From assembly GCA_043228905.1 (NCBI GenBank), contig JBHGNT010000002.1:8804001-8868000 (forward strand): DNA of 64,000 nucleotides. The letters run 5' to 3'. The notes beneath the pieces were generated by a model, which saw only the letters and a list, made by a program, of their open reading frames with translations, did no database searches and was not told the origin of the DNA. Origin of the DNA: Azolla caroliniana (taxonomy: Eukaryota; Plantae; Polypodiophyta). Positions 37,756-52,190 of the stretch are shown here, in pieces (the stretch's first letter is position 1; the number at the start of each line of letters is the position of its first letter). The position numbers and the translations under genes were made by a program.

Positions 37756-38827
37756 TATCATTCACGTCGAGTTCCACAAACTTCAATGTATTTTTATGTC
37801 TCAAGAATTTGCGTGTTAAATTTGACAGACCTTATGAAACAACTTCTAGAATCACCCATTTGCTCTAATTTATGAATCCCTTTAAAAATATGTTAGAAAT
37901 AAAGGCTAAAGTGTAACTTGTATTCACAAAAGGCACTGAGCAAAATGGAAGTGCCTAAATAATCAAATGAATGTATAAATTCCAAAATGTGTATGATTTA
38001 GTAGACTAAAAGATCTTGTTAAAAGCTAATCTTGTCTTTCGAATTATCTTGTAAAATACTAGACCACATGTCAAAAAGCTTCCCTTATGCCTAGGAATGT
38101 GTCGACGATTGTCGAGTCCAACCATTCTCCACCTTGTGTGACTCATGGTAGCCCTTTTCACAATAAAAAGTATACAAAAAATTTAGTGCTATCGTTTCTA
38201 ACTTCATTACAATACCAATTTTTGTTTACTTTTTCTTCTTAAGAAATCTTCTTAAAAAATACAGAATAATCATTGGAACTCGTGAGTGAGCTAGCTTTAT
38301 GTTAACAAGCATTACAAAATGGTGCCCTTTTACTTTATGCCATTAATTGTTTTTAGGTTCTCAAAAAGCTTCTACTTCTCAAATGGGGATATAAGGAAAC
38401 CAATAAGGGTAGGTATCTCCTAAATATTAATGGCAAAACCTAAATCGAAGTTAAGATATTCTTACAATAATAAAACAAATGTCAATATTGGTGTAAATCT
38501 ATACATATTTGAAGGCCTTTATACTAGTAGATATTCTCTTCATGTTTATCAATTAAAAGAAGATTAATTTCACCGTTGGATTGAACAAAAAAAGACTAAT
38601 AATTATCTCTTAATACATCTTGCTTTTTATCGTAGACAACTTACTATGATCAAACTAGAGTTGGAAATTTCACATTATAAATGCTAAAGCCTTTTTCCCA
38701 TAATGAATCCAGCTAAACATTATGTAGCAAATAAACATGTAATGCATCTTTTGTTTTTGTGACAACAAGCCTCACTAGCTAAGAGAAACAACTATAATGA
38801 GGATTTTAAAAAAAAAAGCAAAATGAG

Positions 38828-39255
38828 AATGGGTTGGTCAATTAAGACTTTAATGCAAGTTTTGGAGTTGCAAATCCATCAATGGAAATGAATACATGAG
38901 GATGACTCAATGAGCATATTTTGTTGTGTGGATTTATCTACGTACTATTAACATGTTAGTGTATGTATCCCCTTATATTTCTAAGTAAACCTTGAGTCAT
39001 ATTAGTGTCATGCAATAATAAATATCATGAGATTGCTACTAAGGTTGATGCTACTAAATTGAGGATTGGTTAGTCAACTAAGACTTTAATGCAAGTTTTG
39101 GAGTCATACATGCATTAATGGAAACAAATGAAGACATAAGGATCACATATGTCGTTCAATGGATTAATCTACATACTATGATGTGAGTCTATTATCACCT
39201 TATATTTCTAGGTAAGACTTTAGTCAGATTAGTGTCATGCATTAATAAAAGTCAT
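38828..39255. repeat. Diverged ~235-bp tandem duplication
   Basis: GGTT.GTCAA.TAAGACTTTAATGCAAGTTTT at ~38832 and ~39068; CCTTATATTTCTA and ATTAGTGTCATGCA are shared in the same order. Confidence 0.85.
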
Positions 39256-40555
39256 GAAATTGGTAAATTATTGAATAGGATTCTAAAATAAATGGATGCA
39301 CAAGGTTGGTGCTTCCTTGAGGAGAGGTGTTTGGCATGAGCAACAAGGGACATATATCCATGTAATGCCGAAAAGTTGGAATTGTTGATAAGATGGAGTG
39401 GAGTAAATTGGCCCAACGGAACTACATGCGTGGAGACTTGCATGTGTGGTTCTTTCTGTTAGGGGGATTCAGATAATGAGGGAGCGACGCCTACCCCACT
39501 TGGTGCACAAAAACATTAATTGAGTATAAAACGTATTTCTACGCTTTCCCTCATTATGATTGTTTGGAGTGTGACTGTGAGAAGTCAAAGAATGATTCCA
39601 CCATGGGTTAATATCTTAAGTACTTTTCCTCCCTTCAATGGGAAGTAATGGAAAGTCACCAACTTTGAAGGAGGTTGTTGGTCAATGCCTAGGTGAGTGT
39701 TTAATCTACATAATTATTTATCCTTCTCTCCCTCTTCATGCACAAAAGACAGTGTGAGCCTTAAATTGGATGCTTCCATAAACACTCTCTCTCATTAAAA
39801 TTGATGGATCATAGACCATAAAACACGGTAACTATTATAATAGACCATAAAATATGATAGAATCCCTCTTTTAATTGTTCAAAAGTGTTGTTTCATTGAT
39901 GTAATCCATAAACTTGTTGGTCTTGCCTAACGTGTATCTTTGCACATAATTCTCATAATCTTCTTGCTATTCCTCACATCATTTGCATATTTCATTCTAC
40001 ATGTACCAATTGTTCGTGTACATGGCTGAACTAAAGGGAAAGGTCTACGAGTGTGATATGATTCTTGTGTTTTGGGTGGAGTGCTCACTGCTTACATGGA
40101 TTACATTGAAAGCCTTGAGAAAGAGGTATTGCAACTTGCAAGTGATATTCGTGTTGACAATGAGTTGCCTTGGGAATGCATATATTTCTATATATATATA
40201 TAGAAATTTATGCATGTTGACATGCATTTCAAAACTAGTTCTAAGGGGTTTTTTCCACCCTTAACCTCAAGTGAGCCTAAAGGTTAATTACATAAGATAA
40301 TATTATTTCTATAAGTTAAAAAAAAAATTAGACAATTGCTTAGACTATGTTGAAAGAGCAAGTACATATATTTTTACATGTAAAACGTGAGGTTTTTCTT
40401 GCGGTTTGCCTGGAGACTACATTCGAGGAAAATAATATGATTATTGTCAAGTAACCAACCCCCCTTTGATGTCTCCCAGATTTTGTGGATATTTTTGTCA
40501 CTACGTAATAAAACTTATAATGTTGGTTGGTAGTAAATAAGTCCCATGTAGTTTT

Positions 40556-40714
40556 TAGCTATAGGTACTTACATTAAGTAGTTAGTCCGAAAGGTGATGT
40601 AACTAGTCTCATTTTCTTGAACTTGATCGGAGGGAGATTCCCTGATTTATGTATAATCTCTTTGTAATAATCCTTCCTAACTGATGGGAAAGTAGCTTCA
40701 TTTTGGAAAAAAAA
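40556..40714 (+). mobile_element. Short 5'-truncated non-LTR retroposed insertion with poly(A) tail
   Basis: 17-bp TSD AAGTCCCATGTAGTTTT (40539-40555 / 40715-40731) and an A-run at the 3' end, the signature of target-primed reverse transcription. Confidence 0.85.
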
Positions 40715-41949
40715 AAGTCCCATGTAGTTTTACATATTTTGTATAAGCAAACTTGTAAAGAAGATCAACAAATGATGATATTATGATTAGATGTTATGCT
40801 TTCAAAGATTTCATAGCCTAACATCATAAGCTAGAAAAGTCAAATAAAAAGACACCTCAATTTGTTTTAATACCAAGTCTTGGGAAAATGGTGAGGTCAT
40901 TTCAAACAGAACAATAGTTATGGGCATTGGCTATTATCATTTTACTAAAATGTTATCAAAATTTTAGTTTCAAGGGTAGAAACTCTTTGTAAGGTAGAGT
41001 ATTTGTACAACACCCATATTTGTAGGTGTGACGACTACGAGCTTAGTGTTGTAGGGATGAAGACTAAACTATGTATTGTGAACACCTCGATAGGTTAGGT
41101 AATAGTGGACTTACACATACAAAAGCTAGCTCTAGCTCTATGCTATTTATGGCCAAGTTAATGCTACATACATCTATAGTTAAGGAGTGAGTCTACGCTA
41201 GAGACACTTTTCTAGTACCTTACAAACAAGCTTGCCAAATTTACGAAAAGTTTGTAAAATGTTAAAAGCTACTTTATTTATTTGGTTTTTGTAGGGAGCT
41301 TATAAAGTGTTAATGCAAGAGATATGGAGTGAAGTGGTAACCCTCTAAAGAGCCAATATGACGGCCTCAAGGGTGACTTTAATGGAGTTGGAAGACAACG
41401 ACTAGCCTTCATCACACAATGGTCGTCCTCCCCCTTTATTGAGTCGGTGGGCATCCACATAAGATGAACCTATCGTGTCCCTACAGGGATTTGAATATAC
41501 TAATCTCATGTGTAAAATTTTATAACTAATGGAAGGAGTTTTTTTTTGAAAAATAAAATAGAATAAAAAATAAAAAAATAATAGAGAAATAACAATATGA
41601 AACAAGTAACATGGGTATCTATCCCCTTATATTTGAGATGTGAATGGTTGTCCAATAGAAGTCCCCCATTTTAAAAGGTCCATTCACATTCAATAGTGGA
41701 GGAAGCAAATATTTCTTCTGCTATTCTATCTTTGCTTTGATTATTTTGTGGAAGTGAACTTTCCACATGGAAAAGGATGAAAACAAATATGTTTTTTGCT
41801 AGTGTTGCATTAGGACAACATAACGTAGAAGTTATGTAAAGTCATGAGAATGCATTGTGATATTTTTAACTATGCCTATTCTACTATGGAAAAATGTGAA
41901 TCATAGATGTCTTTCAAATGTTTATATCTTGTAAAGAAAGAGTACAAAC

Positions 41950-44900
41950 AAGAGAGATTCTAGCTCCTTTCCTCCCTGCAATCAACGCCTTACTTGAGCC
42001 ATTCTTATATAGGGCTTGAGCAGCACACCTCCATTCCCACGGTAGCTCAATCACCTTCATCACTTCTTCAAGGAAATACCATTGCACTCAATCATAGGCT
42101 TTCTCGAAGTCAAACATCAGACAAGCTAAGTTTTGCTTGGTCTCCCTTGCTGTTGCAACAACCTCCCAAAACAATATCACATTGTCCATAATAGATCGAT
42201 GCTCCATGAAACCGGTTTGATTGGTCTGGATGATATCTCCTAGAAAGGGCTTGACTCTCTGCACTAGTATGTTAGCAATTTTTTTATAAATGAGATTTAA
42301 AATGGTGACGGGACTCCATTGTCTAATCTCGTGCGACACCTTCTCTGATTTAGGAATCATGTATATCAATCCTTCATTGAAGCTGCTCGCAATCCTTCTC
42401 GTTCTCCACATTTCCTAGAATCCAGCTTCCAAACTAGGAAAAATATGCTCCCAAAATTCCACGAAGAAGGCGTTGGGAAGGCCGTCAACTCCAAGGCAAG
42501 CCCTGCTATGAATCCTATCTAGCCCCGCTACAATCTCTTCCTTCTCTATGGTCTTTGACAACTGTGATTTGGCTATCTCTCCAATCTTGGTCTTCAAGCA
42601 TGCAACTACATGATGCATCAAGTGAATCAGTGGGGCTTCTATCAACATTGGAGCTAAAAGGTCTCTGTAATACTTCGTTGCCATTTGCAAGATTTCATCT
42701 TGGTCAGTTGTCACCAAATCATCCTCTCTCTTAAGACTTAGAATAGGCTTTCCCTTTAGTTTTGGAGCCTTGGTGAGAAAAAACTCACTCTTAACTTTAT
42801 CTCCCTTGACAGCCCACTGTGTTGCCGACTTTCTGAAGAGGAATTGCTCCCTTTGCTGCCTAATCTCCTACAACACCCTTGTGGCTTCCTGCAGTCTATC
42901 TTTTGCCCAAGAACAGCGTGGGTCCACTTGCGTAAGCTTTTGAGTTGAGGTGACTACCTTCCTCAAGCGTTGTAGTTGGGAACGACACCTTACCATCTCC
43001 TCTCTAGCCGCTTTCTCAAGAGCATGAGAAGAATTAATAATCATTTCCTCTAATACATGTTACGGGTCGTCGAATGATGGAGATGCTGACCAGATGTTAA
43101 TCACTTCTTCCTTAACCTTCTAGATACCAAAAATCTTCGGAGGAATCCTCAAATTGCACTCACTCTTCTTCTTATGAATAGGATCGAGAGTCAAGGAATC
43201 TGGAAGGTGATCGGAGTAAGTAAAGCCAATTAGAATGGATGTGCAAGCGCTCCAATCCTCAAATTTGGGGCTCACATAGATGCGGTCCAATCTAGAATGA
43301 CATCTTTCACTCTCCTTCCAACTAAATCGTGAAAACAGCAAGCAAGGAGTTCTCCTCAACCACCATACTAGAATGCCAAGAATCTTTGATTCCAAGCATA
43401 TCAAATAGGAAACCCCATGCTCTAAGCTCCTCTCCCTGTAACAAGTTCGAGTGAGCCCCCAGACACTCTCAGTCATGTTGAAATCTTCTGCTACTATCCA
43501 GTTGTCATAAGAGGGAATTTTGTTTGCCAGCTCGCTCCAAAAAGAGGTCCTCTCACTGCTACTATTTGGTGCATAGACATTCAAGACCCCAAATTTCATA
43601 TTCCTCCATTACAAGTAACAGAACATGACCCTTCCTTCTATCAATATGCCATGGTCCAAAATGGCGATATCCGGTGATTTTCTCACCGAAATACAGACTC
43701 CACCTCTCCTCTCTAGTACGCCGTGAGCTAGAGCCCACCATGTGTGCCAATCCCCTGGCAACGAGTCGTTGAACAATTCTATCCTTTCTCAGCCAAGGTA
43801 TTGCTCTTGTAAGAGCAAAATATCAATCTTCCTACATAAGCTAACAACTTCAAATTCCTTCCTAAAAATTCGCTTCTCAAGCAGATGATGGGACCCACCA
43901 AGTCCTTGCACATTCCAAGAGAAAAGTCTCATTGACTTGGGTTCAAAAGAAAGGCCAAGGGGGATTCACCCTTGCTCGACAAATATGTCGTCATCATACT
44001 CCATATGTTTTCCCACTCCATTCTTATTTCCCTTTTTTGATCAGTGGGTAATTCACCACACTGGAAGTGGAACTGACCAGGATTTAGCATAAGATCGTGC
44101 ACCCTCCATATGCAAACCAAGGGAACATTTGGACCAAGTTCAAGAATCTCCCCATGTATATCAGGGAGCTCTTCCATTGTGCATGCAACCCCTTAACTTC
44201 GTTTTTAGGTATAAAGTATCGCATACACACTGTTGCCCTGTTACAGAACATCTTCAAAGAGGATTCTTCTCCCCTTCCATCTTCCAAATCAGGCTCCAAG
44301 TCGAAGGAGCAACCGATCTCTAGTCTACTAGAGGCACTATTGATGAGGACCATTTGTGCTCTATTCCAACCATGAACTCTTTCCTTGGGAGTACCAATGT
44401 TCACTCTGACCTTCAGTACCTCCATACCTTGCATCTTCCAATCTTTCATCATAACAAAGTCAACTCCCACAATTGAGGGATTTCCAGCCTCAATCTGGGC
44501 AATCATTTTCTGCACTTCATTAATACCCATGTTCACATGACTTTCCTTGTCCTTCCCTTTCCTAATCCACGCCTTAACCGTTCTTCGGTTTGATGAAAAT
44601 CTCTTGCCCCGACTTTCAGACGGCTCTACAAGTGTTTCTAGGGTCTCGACTCTTGGAAGCAAATCAATCGGAGTCGTCAAAATTATCTCACCCTCTTGGG
44701 GTTCCTCTTCCCTTTGTGACAAGATATCAAATTTGTTCGAACTGGAACCGACACTTGTAGGAGGACCCTTTTGATTGTGAATGCTAGACCTAGCCACTTT
44801 CCTGGGCGTTACCCATCCTTCTTCCCCAGTGACTTGCTTCCCAACATGAGTGAGGATCCTCTGCCCTCCCATCACCGAAATTGGGTTATCGGGCATCTTG

Positions 44901-45660
44901 GTGCCCTGATTTCCTTTGCCTTCTCTTTTCTTCCAATACAAAGGGCACTGTTTGGCCCTATGACCCATTTCTTTACATGCAAAGCACTGGCCCGGCAAGC
45001 CTTCATAGCTAACCTTCACCATCCTTAGGCCAAAATCCTCTGTGTGGACTCAAATCTCTGTTGGTTGTTCTTTTATGTCTCTAACCAACACCTTAAGCTT
45101 CGGGATTTCTGCAACCTTATCGGCAAATGAAGGTTTCTCTATACATACCATCCCTATATTGTGTGCCAACTTTGGGATCAAATGATGGATTTGGAAGGGT
45201 AGGTTTGGGAAGCATACGGAAATGACTACTGGAGTGCCCATTTTTTATGCTCCTCTATTGCATTAAAGTCTGGACTCCATTCCAAGATCATGGCTTTGAC
45301 ATACTTGAGCGTAATCCATTTGTGGTCCAGAATTTCTTGCACATTATGGCCTTCTTCTAAGATGACATGGTGATAATTAAGGCCCATTCGCACAATGTTT
45401 AGGATAGGCGGCATTTTACCCAAAAGGGTTGCTTGTCGGCTGCTAGGAGGATGCCCATTCATTGCCAATCCTGGTTTGGGTCACGTTATTCGACGAGAGG
45501 TTTGCCAACGCAGAGGCAAAGAAGGCCATCGAGGACGATGGAAGGAAGCTTTCCCTTTCACCCTCACCTGCTTTTCCTCCATCGCCTCCTCAGACCGTTG
45601 CCCCATCCCCCTTCTTTGTCGCTCCCTCGTCACTGTTTCTTCCAGCTTCCCTACTTACCT
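41950..45660 (-). mobile_element. L1-type LINE, 5' part (ORF1, endonuclease, N-terminal half of RT), degenerate
   Basis: ORF1 with CFACKEMGHRAKQCP zinc knuckle; endonuclease SWNVQGL, LNVYAPN, DFNM, SRLDRIY, SDH; RT GVDGLP..F, IYMIPK..WSPVTILN..YK, QTGFM..RSI.DN, DFEKAYD. Confidence 0.9.
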
Positions 45661-48600
45661 GAAATGTCGTACATAATCAGTTGGTTGATCACACATGTAT
45701 GTCAGTGATGAAGGCTTGGGATATGCTCCGTGGGCATCTTAGGCGTATAGGTCCGAGTACTAATGCTGAATGGATGCACCAACCCCTATTGTGGAACGAG
45801 ACCTTAAAGTCGACCGCGGAGAAGATGCTTGGCCAGTGCAAGGGTATGCCGTGGGCTATATTGCATGGTGTTGACATTCAATCAATGGAAAATTGGATGT
45901 AGTTGTCCCCTAGTAATCGGGATAAATTGTATGAAGATGCGAGAAAGTTCAGAAATGGTAGGAAGATGCTTGATCTAGTCGATAAAGTTGTTTACTCTGT
46001 TCCTATTAGTAATGGGGACAAGGGTAAATGGTTCGGACAATGTGATGATGCCGAAAAAGTTATCAATGCCAAGGGTATAAGAAAGAATGGGAAGATTATC
46101 CAGTTGGGATATGTAGTTGCAGGTGCTCGTTGGTCCCCGATTAGAATTGTGGCATGAGATGGTAAGAAATGGAAGGTGAATCCATCAGTCGTTGAGGTTG
46201 AGGAGGATTGGATCTTGTATGTAGTTGAAGGCAAGCCCCTTGAGTGTTTAGAATGGGATCCTGCAAAATATATGTGGAGGGATGAACAAGGTAAATCACA
46301 TGGTTTCTTTGACTTCTCAACTCGCTTGGGGAGACATTTATGCTTGCATTGTGAGAAGTGTGTCAACAAATGGACCCATGTAGCTGTCAATTCGGTCTTT
46401 GTAGATAAAACCAGGAGCAGGATATGGAACCCTTCCTTCCCCAAGAGGATCTGTTGGGAATATGTCCCTCTAGTGGGAGGAAGAACCGACTGATTGGAAA
46501 GTCGAGAGTCGATCACAGGGAAGAACCGAATGTTCGGAAAGCCGACAGTCGAAGAGTCAAAAACAATGAGTCGACTATTGAAGATTCGACTATTATTATT
46601 ATAGTAATAATAATGATGATGATGTTAGTTAACAGGTCTCTCGGATGGAGAGAGAGAGAGAGGAGCCGAGTTGATGAGTGACTCAGCTGAGGCCGAAACC
46701 GGAATCGTGTGTATAGCCAACTCGGGAGACTATATCTGTAAATAGTCTAAGTGCACGCCCCATCAGAGCTACGTATGTAAATAGCCAGAAAGTTGTGTAG
46801 GTATATATATAACTAGGGCAAACTTTATGTATGTAGAGAACAGTGTAAGAACAGAGAGATATAGAGCGTGAGTGAGAGACAGAGAGTGTGAGTGTGAGTA
46901 ACAACAGACGCGAAGAGCCCTGTGTGGCTGATACACTCGACAGAGTGTTGTATTCCTCTCGGTGTTGTATATCCACTAATTATAGTGAAGATCTATTCAC
47001 CCGTGGTTTTCCCTGTTTTAGGGTTTCCACGTAAATCTCTGTGCACTCTTGTTTGTCTTGTTTTTCTGGCATTTTCTGTGATTCGTATTTCAGCATTGTT
47101 TGTTCATTGTGAATTAAATTTCTGCATTGATTTCTCAACAAACTAGTATCGGCGCTTGAGGTGCAAGCATGGAAGGAGGTGTGAGCGGTTTCCCAGGAAT
47201 GATAGTTCTCAACCCACAAAACTATGCAGACTGGAAGATCAAGATGGAGGACCTTCTCATAGTAAAAGACCTGTACAAGCTAGTTGACAGAGCAGAAATA
47301 CCCAAGGGGGTATTGGAGTTGGACTGGAAGCTCCTAAACAGAAAGGCTGTGGACACTATCCGACAATGTGTCAATGTAAGTGTCCTTCAACATGTGGTGA
47401 ACGACACAAATGCTTATGAGATGTGGCAGAAGCTGTCGGGTCTGTACGAGAGGCTAAACAGAACCTCGCTAATGAGAAAAATCGTACGGCTGAAATACAG
47501 AGACGATGAGAGCATCGTCCAACACATCAACACATTTATGGGGTATGTAAATCAACTTGCTGCGAGCAAGTTCCCCCTAGATGATGCAATGCAGGCCATC
47601 TTGTTGATGTGCACACTGCCGGAAAGCTGGGAGAACCTGGTGGTTACTCTCAGCACCTCCTGTCAAGAAGAGAACTTGTCTTTACAGATGGTGAAGACAA
47701 GCATCCTAAACGAGGAGGCAAGGAGGAAAGACAAAGGAGTCATGTCCCAAACGGAGTTGAATCTGACTCAACATATGTATAGAGGAAGAGACCGGCGAAG
47801 AAGACGTCCGTAGAGAACGGACAAATCCTACGCCAGATCGAAGTCCAGAGGTAAGACAATGTGCTTTTATTGCGGAAACCTGGACACTTCCAGAAGGACT
47901 GCCGACACATGAGAAAAGACAAGAGTGTTGGAAACAATGTCGAACCCCGGAAGATTCTGGATGACAAGAACACTTCAGCCATTGCTACGAGCAATGAAGA
48001 ACTCCTGTTCATTTGTGAACAAACGAGTGAAAATCTTGCGAGTGAAGATTGCACGTGGGTGATCGACTCCGGCACATCCTTCCATAATACCCTGTCGAGA
48101 GAGTATTTCTCGACTTACATAGCCGGGGATCAATGGCTATGTAAAGATGGGTGATAGTGGAGAATGCAAGATAACCGGAGTCGGAAGTGTCTGCTTGACG
48201 ACGTCGACAGGCTGTCGACTAACGTTGAAGGATGTTCGACACGTCCCCGATATCAGATTGAATCTGATATTGACTGGAAGGCTTGATGAAGAAGGCTACA
48301 ATGGTGGTTTTCAGAATGGCAAGTGGAAGTTCTGCCGAGGAAATCTTATAGTGGCCCGAGCACAGAAAGAAGGCACATTGTATACGATGAGTGCTTGATT
48401 GTGCAAATCGGAAGTAAATGTGGCAGCCGACTCGGCAGGGGAGATATGGCATAAGAGGCTAGGCCACATGAGTGAAAAAGGAATGCACCCGCTTGCCGAC
48501 CAAAAACTTCTGCCAGAAGTCAAGGGAGTGCACCTGGAGAAGTGCGTCGATTGCTTAGTTGGAAAGCAGAACATGGAGACATTCCACTCAAGACCACTGA

Positions 48601-51600
48601 GGAGAAGAGATGTTGCACTGGAACTAGTGCACACGGATGTGTGCTATGTGGATGCTCCATCGCATCGAGGAGGACAATACTTTGTACGTTTATTGACAAC
48701 TATAGTCGGAAGACATGGGCCTAAATACTGAAGTCGAAGGATCAAGTACTGTCGGTTTTCAAGGAGTTCCAAGCAAGAACCGAAAGAGAGTCGAGTCGGA
48801 AACTGAAGGTTGCCGAAACTGACAACGGTGATGAGTACAAAGGGCAGTTTGAGGAATACTACAAGTGCCAATGTATTCGGATCGAATACACAATGCCAAA
48901 GACCCCAGAGTTGAACAAGCTTGCAAAGAGGATGAATCGAACGATCATGGAGAGAGTAAGGAGCATGCTCTCTCATGCGAAACTACCGAAATCCTATTGG
49001 GCTGAGGCGATGTACACAATTGTTTATCCGATCAACAGGTCGCCCTCAGTACCTCTAAAGGGTGTTGTCCCACAGCGGGTGTGGATAGGGAAGGATGTCT
49101 CCGACCAACACCTGAGAGTGTTTGGATGTTTGGTGTATATGCATGTACCAAAGGATCAGAGGTCAAAGCTCGACAAAAAGTCGAAAGCATGCATATTCAT
49201 GGGATACTCGGAAGATGAGTTCGACTACAGGTTGTGGGACTTCGTCGACAAGAAGGTAGTGAGAAGTCGGGATGTAGTCTTTCTAGACGACAAGACAATT
49301 GAAGACTGGAAACAACAGAAGTCGGAACTGACCCCCCAGTCAACCTCGACTACCATCGACTTAGGGCCAAGTGAGTCGTCACCGGCAACTGTAAGGAGAC
49401 AGTTGGCCGACAGAGCCGAATCCAAGTCGGTAGACTCCGAAAGACTGACAGACTATGAGTCAGAGTCGGTAGAGCTGCCGAAGTCAATTGATGAATGTGA
49501 GTTGGAGTTATCCAACCTGGAGATGCTGATTGGCGAGCAGAATCCCGAGCAAAGAGAAGAGTTGGTAGAGACATCCGAAATAGAGCCAATAACGAGGGGA
49601 CGAAGGTACCCACTCAGAGAAAGGAAGGCACCAACTACATATGCCAGTCAATATGTCCTCTTGATTGATGACAGTGAACCGGAGTGCTACAAAGAAGCCA
49701 TTGCAGATTAGAGAAGAGAAAAATGGTTGAACGCCATGCAAGAGGAGATGGAATCCTTGCACACAAATTACACCTATGACCTAGTAGAGCTGCCGAAAGG
49801 TAAGAGAGCACTCAAGAATAAGTGGGTTTACAAGGTGAAGATTGGAGAAGTCGATAGCGAGCCCTAGCATAAAGCCCGCATAGTGGTGAAGGGTTTCCAA
49901 CAGAAGAAGGGCGTCAACTTTGACGAAATTTTCGCACCAGTCGTGAAGATGACATCCATATGGACTGTTCTGAGCATGGCGGCCAACATGGATCTAGAGA
50001 TCGAATAGTTGGATGTCAAAACCACATTTCTGCACGGGGAGTTCAACGAAGAGATCTACATGCATCAACCCGAAGGCTTTGAGGAGAAAGGGAAAGAGAA
50101 TCTGGTGTGTCGACTGAGAAAAAGCTTGTACGGACTGAAACAAGCTCCATGCCAATGGTACAAGAAATTCGAGTCCTTCATGATGGAACATCGGTTCCAG
50201 AAAACACATGCTAATCACTGTGTGTTCGTAAAAAGGTACGAGGAAGGATATTTCTTGATTCTCTTGCTATATGTTGATAGTCGGCCAAGATGCAAGGAAG
50301 ATTGGAAGCTTGAAGAAAGCTCTCGGAAAATCATGTGCCATGAAAGATCTTGGACCGGTAAAGCAAATCCTAGGAATGCACATAACCCGAGAAAGAGCTC
50401 AGAAGGTGCTATGGTTGTCACAACAGAAGTATGTGACGAAGATCCTAGAGAGATTGAACATGTCGAATGCAAAGCCGGTCGACTCAGTGTTGCCGACAAA
50501 CTGCAGGTTAAATGCGAAGCAGTGCTCGAGAGGGGAGAAGGAGAAGGCCGAGATGAGGAAGGTACCATATGCCTCGGTCGTCGGCAGTCTAATGTATGAT
50601 ATGGTCTGTATGAGACTGGACATATTATTTGTTGTGGGAGCAACAAGCTAATATTTGAGTAATCCAAGGAGAGAACACTAGGCAGTAGTGAAGTGGATAC
50701 TTAAGTACTTGAAAGGCACCTCAGAGGTGTGCCTAAGGTAATGGTGTCGGAAAACTCGTGCTGGAAGGTTTTACCGATTCAGACATGTCAAGAGATGTCG
50801 ACTCGAGCCGATCCACGTCAGGTTACGTGATGACCTATGCTGGGGGAGCAATGTTGTGGCAGTCACAACTGCAGAAGTTTGTAGCCTTGTCAACTACAGA
50901 GGCAGAGTATATGGCAGCGGTAGAAGCCGGAAAAGAGCTGATCTGGATGAGAAATTTTCTCACCGAACTAGGCATGAGGCAAAAGGAGTTCTTGCTTCAT
51001 TGTGATAGTCAAAGCGCCATACACCTAGCCAAGAACGCGGCATACCACTCCCGGACCAAGCACATACAAAGAAGGTATCACTGGTTGCAGGAGAGAGTCG
51101 AAGAAGGAGAGTTTTCTCTTGTGAAGATCCATACCGACGACAATGGATCTAACATGCTGACGAAGAACCTACCCATGGACAGACTCAGAGTTTGTCGACA
51201 AAATACAGGACTGACAGATTTCCTCCCATAGGAGTGCAGGGGGAGTTTATTAGGAATATGTCCCTTCAGTGGGAGTAAGAACCGACTGATCGGAAAGCCG
51301 ACAGTCGATGACAAGGAAGAACCGACTATTCGGAAGGTCGACAATTGAAGAGTCGAAAACAGTGAGTCGACTGTTTGAAGATTCGACTATTATTATTATA
51401 GTAATAATAATAATGATGAGGTTAACACCGGGACATTTGAAACAGGTAATATGTCGCATTTTGAGAACTGTCCATCAAAAAATGACACAAATTAGGGTGA
51501 TTCACAAAAAGGGGTGCCGCATGCGTAAAGGAATTTTAAAAATGACCCAAAAATATATTGATTTTTAACATGTACGGAAATTTAGGTGTTCAAAAAAATG

Positions 51601-51734
51601 CCTAAATAATGGACATGCCAAACTTACAAATGAATGTCCAAAATGACTAACCCCAATATTTATAGAAATTCTGAATCCAAATCTTGATGTGCAATACAAT
51701 ATTTATAGTTAACGTATCAGGACAATCATTTTTC

Positions 51735-52190
51735 AAGTTTATGTCATCATCTTCATACCCATTAGATGAACTAGTACGAGTTTATGAGGTCTCATCCTCA
51801 TCATCAATGGCAACTAATGCATTGTTTTGATCCAATTGCAATCCAACCTCATCGAGTTTATGAGTCATGCTTCTTGTTTGTCTTTGTGTTGTGTCTGAAG
51901 CCACATTCCAGATCCTCTTTTAGTATCTTCATTGTGGTCTGTCACAGATAACTTGTTTTGGTCAAAGATAAGTCGTACACTAATATATAAACATTATCCA
52001 ATGTAAGAGTAGATGTGCTTGATGCATCTTTCCTCCTCACTTTTTGGTTATGATATTTCATTATGTACTTTCCATTTACAAGATTAGATTATGTGAGAGA
52101 AGTTTTCTACCAAAATCATTAGAATCTAAAAAATGTCTTAAAGATGTTTTCCATTTTTCTTAGATTCTCATAGTAAGCCTTTGATGTCGT
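51735..52190 (-). pseudogene. 3' end of a second, unidentified gene in the TIR element (possible transposase C-terminus)
   Basis: Degenerate minus-strand frame LVNGKYIMKYHNQKVRRKD...VYILVYDLSLTKTSYL*QTTMKILKEDL followed by an acidic tail. No catalytic motif is visible. Confidence 0.35.
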
